Source: Candidatus Paracaedimonas acanthamoebae (lineage in GTDB: Bacteria; Pseudomonadota; Alphaproteobacteria; Caedimonadales; Caedimonadaceae). Taken from it: a stretch of 32,000 bases of DNA. A program made the translations under genes and the position numbers. Positions 7,701 through 15,933 of the stretch are shown piece after piece (within the stretch, counting starts at the first letter, position 1; each line of letters begins with the position of its first letter). Where the stretch lies: contig CP008936.1 in NCBI GenBank assembly GCA_000743035.1, positions 480,001-512,000 of the forward strand, written 5' to 3'. Below the pieces are notes generated by a model. The model was not told where the DNA came from and did not search any database. It saw nothing but the letters and a program-made list of their open reading frames with translations.

Positions 7701-9966
7701 AACTTGAAATATCATCATAGAAAATATCAATTGGTTCAATTGAGCTAAAATCTTGTATAAGTAATCCTTCGATCTCTTTAAAAAAAGTCCGTAAAGCGTC
7801 ATGCTTGATAACAAGAGCTTTTATAGAAGAAATTAAAGCTTCAGAGTTTAAATCACCAAATAAATCAATGCTGAAAGGTAAGTTGTATACTCTTTTTTCT
7901 GAGAGAAAAGAATCTAAAAACCACAAACGTTGCTGTGAAAAATTGGCTGGTATAGAATTAGAACCTTGAGGCTGGTTTGCTAAATTAAGCTCTTGTTCTA
8001 CCCAGTTTTCAATAAGATAGTTAAGTGTTTGAGCTATTGAATTATTAGAAGAGAATACAATAGAAGATGGAATTGTTTGCAATAAATCACGATGGATTCT
8101 TGCTAAGAATAAAGTCAACTTTACAGAATTGAATCCTAGACTAGTGAGACTCTTTTCCAAATCTTGTTGATTAAGAGAGATACCCAAAATATGTGAAGCT
8201 AACTGAAGAAGGTAGCTGCTCAACAATTTTTTTCTAGTTTCTAAAGTACAGGTAAAAACATTAGAAGATATCTGAGGTTCAGGTATAAGCATATCACTGC
8301 TAAAGCCGTCTTCTTGCGCCACAATAGAAAGCTTATGCTCTAAATAAAGTTTTTTACATAATTGTCTTTGTACCTTCCCGCTAGAAGTTTTTGGGAGGCT
8401 TCTCTCACGAAGTAAAACAATTTTATAAGGCACTATTTCATGATTTTCATAGAGTTGCTTTCTAATTAAATTATAAAGCTTATTAAAATCTCGAAAATGG
8501 CGATGGACTTCTTGGACAACAATTATGTTCGCTTCATGCCCATCATTTTCTATAGAGAAAACAGCGCAACTATTGCTCAATAAGGCAGTATGGCTATTTG
8601 AGGTTGTTTCTTCAATATCTTGGGGGTATATGTTTTGGCCATTTAAGATAATTAAGTCTTTCAACCGACCGCTAACATAAAGATTATTATCAGCGTCTAA
8701 AAAGCCGAGATCTCCTGTTTTTAAGTATTGCTTATTATTTTCTACTAGAGTAGCAAAGAAAGTCTCTTTTGTGATCTCGGGTTTTCCCCAATAGCCTGCG
8801 GCGATGCTTGATCCATATAGCCAGATCTCTCCTTCTTCATAAGGTTGGCATATTGCTCTAGTGGTAGGATTTACGATAATTAATTCATGATCTTTAGCAG
8901 CTTGGCCACAATTTATAAGCCCCTGTGGATGTTCATCTGTTTTATGTAGACTAATTTTCTTTTTAGATGCAACAAAAAGTGTTGATTCTGCAAGGCCATA
9001 GGCAGGATATAAAGAGAAAGGGTTAAATCCTGCTGTAGCAAAATTTTGGATAAAGTTCTCCATAACTTTATTACTTATAGGTTCTGCACCGTTAAAGACA
9101 ACTTTGAGAGAACTTAAATCTAATTCTTTTATTTGCGAGTCAGTGATAACTTTTGAGCATAAATCAAAAGAAAAATTTGGTGCTCCTGTTATAGTAGCTT
9201 TTTGCTCCGTTATTATTTTTAGCCATTTAAAGGGTTCTTGCATGAATGATTGGGGTGACATGAAGCAGCATTTAAATCCACAAAATAAAGGAAATAATGT
9301 ACCGAATATAAGCCCCATATCATGGTAAGAAGGTAACCAGCTAACCATAACATGTTCATCCAAAGGTATTTCATCCTGAATAACATCCTTAATAAGCACA
9401 AGGTTTGTCATAATATTTTCGTGTGAAATAATAACCCCTTTTGGTTCTCCTGTCGAACCTGAGGTATATTGTAAGAAGGCTATTTTATTTTGTCTGTCTA
9501 AGGTTAGAAGATTGGCTTCGGTATCAATGAAATTCAAAAAACTAACATCCTCAATAAATATCAAAACTTCACCACGCGTTGTTAACAAACTAGTATCAAA
9601 ATTATTGAGAGATTTCTGAGTAATAATAAATTTGGCTGCGCATGAGTTTTGGATAGCTTGTACTCGTGTTGCTCGTTTGTTATTAGTTGGTAAATATACG
9701 GGGACAGCAACTGCATTTGCGGCGAGGCAGGCTAGGAAAGAAATAATATAGTCTATACCCTGAGGCAATAAGATTAAAACTCTTTCATTTGCGCAATTAT
9801 TATTTTTAAGCTTGTTTGCTAATATTGAAGTTCTTTCATAAAGCTCTTTATATGTAATGGTTTGTATTATGTTATCATGGTTATAAAAAACATATGCTTC
9901 TCTTCGAGGTGTATGTTTCGCATGATGGTGAAGACTCTCTAAAATTGTTTTTTTTAATGTATTCAT
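4714..9966 (-). CDS. NRPS lipo-initiation module: FAAL - ACP - C - A - PCP (1,750 aa), no TE, R or E domain
   Basis: FAAL motifs YTSGSTGEPKG, WLPSYHDMGL, GAPNF, KTGDLGF, GRLKDLIILNGQNIYPQDIE (aa about 1-550). Carrier 1 LGFNS (Ser614). C domain QQRLWFL and HHIILDGQS (aa 804-812). A domain YTSGSTGLPKG, NMYGISETT, GEMYVGGDGVSDGY, YRSGDL, GRRDHQIKIRGFRVELGEIE, NGKIDRK. Carrier 2 LGGHS. Confidence 0.93.
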   Translation of the reverse strand: MNTLKKTILESLHHHAKHTPRREAYVFYNHDNIIQTITYKELYERTSILANKLKNNNCANERVLILLPQGIDYIISFLACLAANAVAVPVYLPTNNKRATRVQAIQNSCAAKFIITQKSLNNFDTSLLTTRGEVLIFIEDVSFLNFIDTEANLLTLDRQNKIAFLQYTSGSTGEPKGVIISHENIMTNLVLIKDVIQDEIPLDEHVMVSWLPSYHDMGLIFGTLFPLFCGFKCCFMSPQSFMQEPFKWLKIITEQKATITGAPNFSFDLCSKVITDSQIKELDLSSLKVVFNGAEPISNKVMENFIQNFATAGFNPFSLYPAYGLAESTLFVASKKKISLHKTDEHPQGLINCGQAAKDHELIIVNPTTRAICQPYEEGEIWLYGSSIAAGYWGKPEITKETFFATLVENNKQYLKTGDLGFLDADNNLYVSGRLKDLIILNGQNIYPQDIEETTSNSHTALLSNSCAVFSIENDGHEANIIVVQEVHRHFRDFNKLYNLIRKQLYENHEIVPYKIVLLRERSLPKTSSGKVQRQLCKKLYLEHKLSIVAQEDGFSSDMLIPEPQISSNVFTCTLETRKKLLSSYLLQLASHILGISLNQQDLEKSLTSLGFNSVKLTLFLARIHRDLLQTIPSSIVFSSNNSIAQTLNYLIENWVEQELNLANQPQGSNSIPANFSQQRLWFLDSFLSEKRVYNLPFSIDLFGDLNSEALISSIKALVIKHDALRTFFKEIEGLLIQDFSSIEPIDIFYDDISSYNGSSKSKILERLINETIFHTFDLTKPFLFKAGLIKIDENHHILVLNFHHIILDGQSITLFLDELSETYNKLRKVPSLSFPEASFTYKAYSSWFRQFLKPSTMERQISFWQEHLSQAADLTTLSPDFERPETLSYSGKTITHAIPQQLTNQLRKLSEKYHTSLFTVLLSAFYVLVYRYTHQNDLIIGTPVSGRVYAGTDKLIGLLMNTLPLRLVLREEMSFLEVLEALKETLSSAQDNQDVPFDMLVKRINIPRVLNRNPLYQLLFTAREDWNKFLHLDGIKTKITEEGRSYSKFDLTIFIQEQESQLEIQAEYAEDLFKEYTISNLLQSYITLLYSIVDNVGSKISILPILSQEEKNNILQKFNHEYLSFNLPEENIIKIFEDQVSKYPHRNCLRFNGRTLTYSQLNERSNQLAHYLITKRANKGKLIAISLESSIELIIAMIAVMKTGAAYVPIDPSYPLDRIDSILKDANVELLLTNNSFKDRYESYENIIITLDGNNEEIEKQPLENLELSFSLDNTAYIIYTSGSTGLPKGSLISHKNVISLFRACEHLFNFNKEDTFCLFHSFTFDLSVWEIWGALLYGRELVIVPTEIKKDTQAFLSFLEKEEVSILTQTPSSFDSLILANQSNFRKNLKLRHIILAGEKLEVSKLEWWWNAYHDKNQQLTNMYGISETTIYSTYLKLTKNHIDSRSPYSPVGAPLDNTKIYILDDNLTPVPEGVIGEMYVGGDGVSDGYLNRPELTEQRFITDPFSSETGTDCNKSSKMYRSGDLARYCSTGTIEYLGRRDHQIKIRGFRVELGEIESLLNLNMLIEKAAVICNTNAAGECSLIAYIKIRDEAKGEKSNRELFVNIKNYLIQKVPEYMVPTKFIQVDNFPLTVNGKIDRKKLPTIQQQELIDAVASEEPKNKVEEEICKIWSEILNVKQVGTTDNFFKLGGHSLLLNKVTLRIKAHYGVSLSISECFSNPTIKHLAKMVSDKQSDVRAIVKCEPPSV

Positions 9967-10249
9967 ATGGTTGTATAATAAATCATTTGATAAAATATTT
10001 TCAAATTATAAAAAATATCTCTTACGCGCTATATTTTTTATTTTTCTTGTAATTAACAATTTATAGTACTCAACTTTACAAGATTTCCAAAATAATAAAT
10101 GCTTTCCTCAAAATTTAAAATATGGTTAAGAGGTGTTACTTATGCTTTCATCATAAAAATAAAGAAGCTCCTAAGGCTTTCAACCGATTTTATCGGGTTC
10201 TAATCAATTTATGCTAATATGCATTTATATTTATGCATCCATATTTTAT

Positions 10250-11443
10250 TCAAATAGCGACTATTTTTTTAGCCTCTAAAAAACTATCACTATTTAATCT
10301 ATTTAAACACTCTTGCATTAGTAAAATACCAATTTCTAGATCATTTGTAATATTAGAAGAGCCTCCTTCACGTAAAAGGTTAATGAGGTCATCATATCTG
10401 AGATGTTTCGTTTGAGATAAACTTTCCATTATAATCACTTCGTCTTCTTGTACTTCCTTCACTTTTGAGTATGGGGGAAATATACTAAAATAAGGTCTAA
10501 TAAATTCTCTAACGGCGAGTAGGCCAAAACAAAGGCTTTTGGCAACAAAAAAGTATGATTTATTGGTTTGAGAGAATGAAGAACCAAAATATTCATCAAG
10601 CATTTTGCTATCTTGTATGTTGGTCAAGCGGAATTTTAAGGATAATGCAGCTAATTCCAAGTAGATGTCACCCATACCAGCACAATCCCAATCAATGAAT
10701 GTTGCTAATCTTTTGTTATTTATAAATATATTTTCCTCATGCAAATCAAAGTGGCATGGTTTTACACTTTCCGCATTATTTAATAGGCTAGCTAGATAAT
10801 CAAAATATTTCAAAAAATCTTGGTATTCTCTTGACGTTGGGATTTTACAAGTCTCAATTAAGGTGAAATGCTCTCTTCCATAATCTATGAGTGTTGTAGC
10901 GGGTGGAAAGGTTAAATTTGAATTATGCAACTTTTTAGTGGTTGCAAAAATTGATGTCATGATTTCCCAATCGATCTTTAACCAAGTTAAGAGCGTTGAT
11001 AAAGGGCGGCTCTCTAAAAACTCCATAACCATAAAGTAGGTGTTGCTAGTTTTTCCTGACAAAAAAACACAAGGGCCGAGCCCCTTTATCCCAGCATTTT
11101 CTGTCATCATAACTTCATTGGCGCTAGATTTTTCTAAGGTTCTTAATACTTTAAGAATATAAGGATATTTCTTCTCTAATTTAAAAACATCATTTCCACT
11201 ACATGAATTTTGAAGTTTTTGGCAATGGAAGCCTTCTTTTTTCAATTCATGTTCTAAGTCTTCTGCTAAGGGGGTCTCATTTAATTTTAAGACTCGAGAA
11301 AGACTATCTAGTTCATCTGCTGCAAACTTGGATTCACAAGCTAATGCACAGTTATTGAAGAATTGTATAAGAAGTATAAGAAAGATATATATATTTCGAG
11401 ACAGATCATGGGTGAGATTAAGTTGGCTAAAATATTTTATCAT
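10250..11443 (-). CDS. APH/choline-kinase-like phosphotransferase with an N-terminal hydrophobic signal-like segment
   Basis: Catalytic loop CHFDLHEENIF (HxDxxxxN) and IDWDCAGMGD (DxD-type metal site). N-terminal IYIFLILLIQFFNNCALA. Confidence 0.7.
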   Translation of the reverse strand: MIKYFSQLNLTHDLSRNIYIFLILLIQFFNNCALACESKFAADELDSLSRVLKLNETPLAEDLEHELKKEGFHCQKLQNSCSGNDVFKLEKKYPYILKVLRTLEKSSANEVMMTENAGIKGLGPCVFLSGKTSNTYFMVMEFLESRPLSTLLTWLKIDWEIMTSIFATTKKLHNSNLTFPPATTLIDYGREHFTLIETCKIPTSREYQDFLKYFDYLASLLNNAESVKPCHFDLHEENIFINNKRLATFIDWDCAGMGDIYLELAALSLKFRLTNIQDSKMLDEYFGSSFSQTNKSYFFVAKSLCFGLLAVREFIRPYFSIFPPYSKVKEVQEDEVIIMESLSQTKHLRYDDLINLLREGGSSNITNDLEIGILLMQECLNRLNSDSFLEAKKIVAI

Positions 11444-11733
11444 TTAAATTCTCAAAGTTAACATCAGTTGAACTATAGCTATATAAGATTATTTATTGCA
11501 ATAACGCAAAATATTATAAATGGTTTTCATTCTTTTGAAATTCTTTCCTTCTTGAGATAAAAGATACTGTATTTTCTTGATAAGCAGTCACTTGAAAAAA
11601 TGTTGAGACGATAGCTCTTGTGTTTACAATTTCATATTGGAGTATGTTAAGTAATGTAGATGTCTTGTCTATTAGCATTTTTCTTGTATGCTAGTAAAAG
11701 TTTATAAATTTAAAGAGTGGAGGATATTTTATT

Positions 11734-12537
11734 GTGGCGTTTAAGCGGAAAGAACAACTTTCAATAGCAAAAGAAAGCTTTATCGAATTTTTTAAATCTC
11801 TTATGTCAGCAATTTTAGTTATTGGTGCTATTCAAACTGTTGCATATCAGAATTTTCATATACCTTCCGGATCAATGAAACCTAACTTACTCGTTGGAGA
11901 CTTTCTCTTTGTTTCGAAGTTTGCTTATGGTTACAGTCATTATTCTCTTCCTTTTAGTCCCCCACTCTTTAAAGGACGTATTTTGGCCCAAGAGCCTAAA
12001 AGGGGAGATGTTGTGGTTTTTAGGCCTCACTTTGACACTAAAACGGATTTTATCAAAAGGTTGATAGGGCTTCCTGGTGATCGTATTCAAATGCGCGATG
12101 GCATCCTTTATATCAATGATAAAGAGTGTCCCCTGGAAAAAGTACAAGAAGAATTTTCAGACCATTTATATATTAATTATTTTCCTGCAAATATTGAAGA
12201 GCGCGTTTATGATGCGGAAGGAGTGAAAATTCCTCAGTACATAGAAACGCTTCCTAATGGTGTTAAGCATCTCATTATCAAAGAAAAGCCGTTTGGTGCA
12301 GGGCGGTTTGATAATACTGATGTATTTATTGTTCCTGAGAATCATTACTTCGTGATGGGCGATAATCGAGATGGCTCTGATGACAGTCGTAACATAAACC
12401 GGTTAGGATGCGTTGCGCAAGAAAATCTAATTGGCCGTGCTGAGCTAATTTATTTTTCTACTGAAGCTCAGTGGTGGGAAGTCTGGAAGTGGTTTACACA
12501 TTTGCGTTATGATAGACTTTTGAAATTTATTCGTTAA
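11734..12537 (+). CDS. lepB: Signal peptidase I (S26)
   Basis: PSGSMKPNL (Ser nucleophile), KRLIGLPGD (general-base Lys box) and GDNRDGSDDSR. Overall layout is like alphaproteobacterial LepB. GTG start after GGAGG. Confidence 0.9.
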   Translation: MAFKRKEQLSIAKESFIEFFKSLMSAILVIGAIQTVAYQNFHIPSGSMKPNLLVGDFLFVSKFAYGYSHYSLPFSPPLFKGRILAQEPKRGDVVVFRPHFDTKTDFIKRLIGLPGDRIQMRDGILYINDKECPLEKVQEEFSDHLYINYFPANIEERVYDAEGVKIPQYIETLPNGVKHLIIKEKPFGAGRFDNTDVFIVPENHYFVMGDNRDGSDDSRNINRLGCVAQENLIGRAELIYFSTEAQWWEVWKWFTHLRYDRLLKFIR

Positions 12538-12672
12538 CTTATTCCTTGGAGTAGTGATCCAATAAATGTAATTCAATTTGACCAGAAGTGCCCTAGATAA
12601 CATTATAACTATTGTTGGAAGCTGCTAATCAAGGGCCAAGGTATAATTGTTTATCCATAATTACGGTTGTAA

Positions 12673-13860
12673 TTATAGGTTGTCTTGGTTTGAAGTTAAC
12701 TTTTTAATCTTACCTCCAAAAAACTCTGTCGCTTGTCTTAAAGACTCATCAGCCAAGTGAGCATATCTCTGTGTAGTTGAAGCTTGGGTATGACCTAAGA
12801 GTTTGCCTACAATATGCAGGCTCAAACCGCTAGATACCAAATGTGAAGCATGGGTATGTCGTAAATCATGAATGCGAACATTTTCAAATTCAGCTTCTTT
12901 TATGACTTTTTTCCAAAAAGTTTTAATTTCTTGTAAGGGTTGTCCTTCAATTTTGCTTGGAAAAAGATATGGTGAATTTTCTTTCTTAAATTTCTTAATA
13001 TCGTGAAGAACATCAATGGTTTTTTCTGAAAGGGGCAAATATTCTTTCTTTTTTTGCTTTGTTATGTGTGATGGTTTTGTCCAAATGCCTTTTTCAAGAT
13101 CAAACTGGTCCCACGTAGCTTGAAGAACTTCTCCTTTTCTGGCGCCAGTAAGAAGTAAAAATTTGAAGACGTAAGTCGTGAGGTGATGATTATATTTGTT
13201 TAATATAGACCATAGTCGTTGCAATTCTGTATCATTAAGCCATCTGTCGCGTTTTTCTTCTTGATATTTCTCAATGTCTTGAGCTGGATTATCTTCGCGC
13301 CAACCCCATTCTTTAGCAAGGCTAAACATTTTACTTAATAAAGATCGTACTCGATTGGCGAGGTACGGTTTATTTTTTAAATCACGGTGTAATTTTTGAA
13401 GTTCATACGAGGTGATTGATTTGATACCTTGTTTTCCAAACTTGGGTAATATGATAGAGGAAATCATATGAATATCATCACTAACACTTTTAGTGCGTTT
13501 GTTTACTTTTGCATGTAATTCTAAATATTCTTTGGTAAGGTCAGTTACGGTAAATGCTATTTTTTTCTCTTTAATATTGGTGGCTGGGTCTTCACCTAAA
13601 CTGATTTTTAATGAAAGGTGTTTAGCTTTTTCGCGTGCTTCTTCAGCTGTTATATTGCCATGAACTCCTATTTTAATTTTATGAGTCTTATGGAATTCAT
13701 TACGATATTGAAAAAAATAAGTCTTACGTCCTGTAGGATAAATTCGTAAATTAAAGCCCGTAATTTCAGTATCCCACACAAAAAGACGTTTAGTAGAATG
13801 GGCTGTCGCCGCTTCAACAGCTCTCTTTGTGAGTTTTATCTTATTAATTGATTGCATCAT
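12673..13860 (-). CDS. Tyrosine recombinase, P4-type phage/island integrase
   Basis: N-terminal arm-binding-type domain (LTKRAVEAA...FVWDTEITGFNLRIYPTGRKTYFFQYR). Catalytic TGARKGE, HDLRHTHAS and LGHTQASTTQRYAH. Confidence 0.9.
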   Translation of the reverse strand: MMQSINKIKLTKRAVEAATAHSTKRLFVWDTEITGFNLRIYPTGRKTYFFQYRNEFHKTHKIKIGVHGNITAEEAREKAKHLSLKISLGEDPATNIKEKKIAFTVTDLTKEYLELHAKVNKRTKSVSDDIHMISSIILPKFGKQGIKSITSYELQKLHRDLKNKPYLANRVRSLLSKMFSLAKEWGWREDNPAQDIEKYQEEKRDRWLNDTELQRLWSILNKYNHHLTTYVFKFLLLTGARKGEVLQATWDQFDLEKGIWTKPSHITKQKKKEYLPLSEKTIDVLHDIKKFKKENSPYLFPSKIEGQPLQEIKTFWKKVIKEAEFENVRIHDLRHTHASHLVSSGLSLHIVGKLLGHTQASTTQRYAHLADESLRQATEFFGGKIKKLTSNQDNL

Positions 13861-13920
13861 TTACTCATTTCTTACAGGTATCCAACATAACATTGCTTAG
13901 GGAGGAAGGAAAGAAAAAAA

Positions 13921-13939
13921 GGGGAGCATATGGGGAGCA
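13921..13939. repeat. Direct repeat GGGGAGCA-tat-GGGGAGCA, with a third degenerate GAGAGCAA at 13954-13961
   Basis: Read directly. It lies between the integrase start (13860) and the tRNA fragment. Possible arm-type or promoter-proximal binding sites. Confidence 0.4.
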
Positions 13940-14051
13940 ATAAGATTAGATTGAGAGCAATTTTTATAAATTCAGAAAGAAGAATAAAAATTAAAAAATT
14001 AATAAAAACAATATAATAATTATATTAATATAGGTAGGTAGATATAAAAAC

Positions 14052-14103
14052 CTTCTGACTACGGATCAGAAGGTTAGGAGTTCGAATCTTCTCGGGCGCG
14101 CCA
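14052..14103 (+). tRNA. Orphan 3' half of tRNA-Arg(ACG): anticodon arm, variable loop, T arm, 3' acceptor strand and CCA. No 5' half.
   Basis: Stem TCTGA/TCAGA with loop CTACGGA (anticodon ACG). T arm AGGAG-TTCGAAT-CTTCT. Then CGGGCGC-G-CCA. The matching 5' acceptor strand GCGCCCG and the D arm are absent upstream, where the sequence is pure AT-rich spacer. Confidence 0.8.
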
Positions 14104-14132
14104 ATGAAATCAACGGCTTAAAGTCTATTTCT

Positions 14133-14169
14133 TTTTTCTAGAAAAATAATTGTCACCAAATTGTCACCA
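14133..14169. repeat. 14-bp palindrome TTTTTCTAGAAAAA (14133-14146) followed by a perfect tandem 2 x AATTGTCACCA (14148-14169)
   Basis: Read directly, 30-66 nt downstream of the tRNA fragment. Confidence 0.6.
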
Positions 14170-14516
14170 CTAAGCAAGGTTTTAAATTGGTAATTTTAGT
14201 ACATTATTGAAAATTAGTTAATTGCAGTGGAGAAGATTGATTCCAATGCTTATCCTCAGCCTTCAGCTTTTTTATTATCTTTATAATACATATCAATTAT
14301 TAACCGAGGAGAAATAAGCCTTCTCTTTGTGAGCTAACTAAAAATAGCCTCTAAAATGTCGTTAAGGTTAATTTAATCTTTTTTTTAAAGTTGTCTGAAT
14401 CCTTTCTTTCTTTATATTAATCTTAGTCCAGCTTCTATTATTTTCGTATTAAGAGTGGTTTTAATAAAGAGTTCAACTATAAATGCTTCAATATTTTATA
14501 AATAGGTAGTGTAATC

Positions 14517-14831
14517 ATGAAACTCCTTCTCGCATGTTTATTATTGAGCCAGGTTGCTCAAGCCTCTTGGCATAAGGATGAAGAAGAACGGTGTAAAGCA
14601 GCCAGAACGACAACGATTTGTAATGATCTTGCGCTAATTGAGAACTTACCTGATGAAATTGATGCACGCTAATCTAAATCTCTTAATAAGAAAGACATCT
14701 CCTTTGCTACAGCCGTGGACAATAATTGGGCAAAATTAATGCATGATAATCGGCTTTGGCATAGATATGGTGTCAACGTTAAGTACAGATGTCCCCTTTA
14801 TAATTCTTTAGAATTGTCACTAAATAGATAG
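14517..14831 (+). pseudogene. Small F-box-like protein gene with a Sec-type signal peptide, interrupted by an in-frame TAA at 14670-14672
   Basis: MKLLLACLLLSQVAQA|SWH..., then LALIENLPDEIDAR*SKSLNKKDISFATAVDNNWAKLMHDNRLWHRY. This matches the F-box pattern LPdEi...i...L...D......V...W..L..D..LW across the stop. Confidence 0.55.
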
Positions 14832-14862
14832 AAGAATCAGTTTTTTAAAGATAAGACTGAGG

Positions 14863-15765
14863 TTAAAACTGACATAAATTCTTCTTCTCAAAATGATATT
14901 TCATACGTTCCCATTTAGTATGCTTACTGATTGTTCTTAGCTGGCCCTCAGGATCAATCATGTAGTAACGCTTTCCTGGAACTAATGGTTGGTCAGTATT
15001 GCTTTTTGCTATATCGAAAAGCTTTAACAATTCTGCTTCCATTGTTGTTAATGACTCAAATTCTTTATGATCATAATCAATAATTATTTCAGTTGATTCT
15101 AAATTACACTTGGCAGCTTCAAAACCTGTTTTTACAAGGATTTTCCAAGAGGCAATATTAGAAGGGCTCGCTGTAGCATCAATTTGCTCGAGAGGTTTAC
15201 TATCAAAGCATTGAAAAGCTTTAATGATATTAGCATGAGCATTAGATTCTAGACCTATGCCTCGACCTATTTTATACACTGCAGGGGCCCATTCTTGAAC
15301 GATCTTAGTAACGACTTTCTCTCCATACTTTTTTCCCCAGTATTCAGGTAACATTGCATAGGCTAACTCGGAAGTCCCTGGTCGATCTCCACCTCCAGCA
15401 ACCACATGCATAAAAGGCTGTTTTTCTTCATCAAGAACAGTTAAAAGGCCATGAGGACTACCTTTTCCAAATCTTTCTTCAATAGAGTTTTTAACTCTTG
15501 CAATGACACTTTCAGCAGACCTTATTTGTCCATCTGCAAATCCAGCCATGACAGTAGAATTGCCAAAAAGATTTATATGCAACTGAAGATGATCAGGTTT
15601 AATATCTTCTGCATACCAGTTATCCTCATTTAAAGTGACATGGAGACCTTTGGCATTGACATAATCATCATAAGAAAAAATTTCTGACGTAAATTGTGAT
15701 GCATTTGCTGTTGTTATAAATAATATTGAAATACTAAAGATGAGTTTTTTTAAGAAAGCGGCCAT
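14863..15765 (-). CDS. GNAT (RimJ/RimL-like) N-acetyltransferase-family protein with a signal peptide
   Basis: N-terminal KKLIFSISILFITTANA. GNAT core ELAYAMLPEYWGKKYGEKVV and ATASPSNIASWKILVKTGFE. Confidence 0.65.
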   Translation of the reverse strand: MAAFLKKLIFSISILFITTANASQFTSEIFSYDDYVNAKGLHVTLNEDNWYAEDIKPDHLQLHINLFGNSTVMAGFADGQIRSAESVIARVKNSIEERFGKGSPHGLLTVLDEEKQPFMHVVAGGGDRPGTSELAYAMLPEYWGKKYGEKVVTKIVQEWAPAVYKIGRGIGLESNAHANIIKAFQCFDSKPLEQIDATASPSNIASWKILVKTGFEAAKCNLESTEIIIDYDHKEFESLTTMEAELLKLFDIAKSNTDQPLVPGKRYYMIDPEGQLRTISKHTKWERMKYHFEKKNLCQF

Positions 15766-15933
15766 AATTTATCCTTATAATTAAGTTATTTATTGTTTCC
15801 ATAACATTATAAAATGCAGAACAAGAAAACAAAGAGAATTATAGAAAATATTTCAACTCTAAGAATTCCTCATAAATGTTCTCCTGTTAAAATAAGTGAT
15901 GAATTAGAGGATAAGAGTAGAGCCCTAGCGAAC

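Noticed and set aside
4895-9401. ORFs 4895-5134, 6140-6325 and 9104-9328 (plus strand) and 9219-9401 (minus strand, out of frame)
   Set aside because: All lie within the NRPS gene, antisense or in an alternative frame, and the NRPS frame carries every expected domain motif.
11734-12537. lepB as a self-resistance gene for a signal-peptidase-inhibiting lipopeptide made by the nearby NRPS
   Set aside because: The idea is attractive by analogy with arylomycin-type inhibitors. However, the NRPS has a single module, the genes are divergent and separated by another gene, and nothing in the sequence links them.
14027-14103. A complete tRNA-Arg gene
   Set aside because: The 3' acceptor strand CGGGCGC has no complementary GCGCCCG upstream, and no D arm can be drawn. 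Only the 3' half is present.
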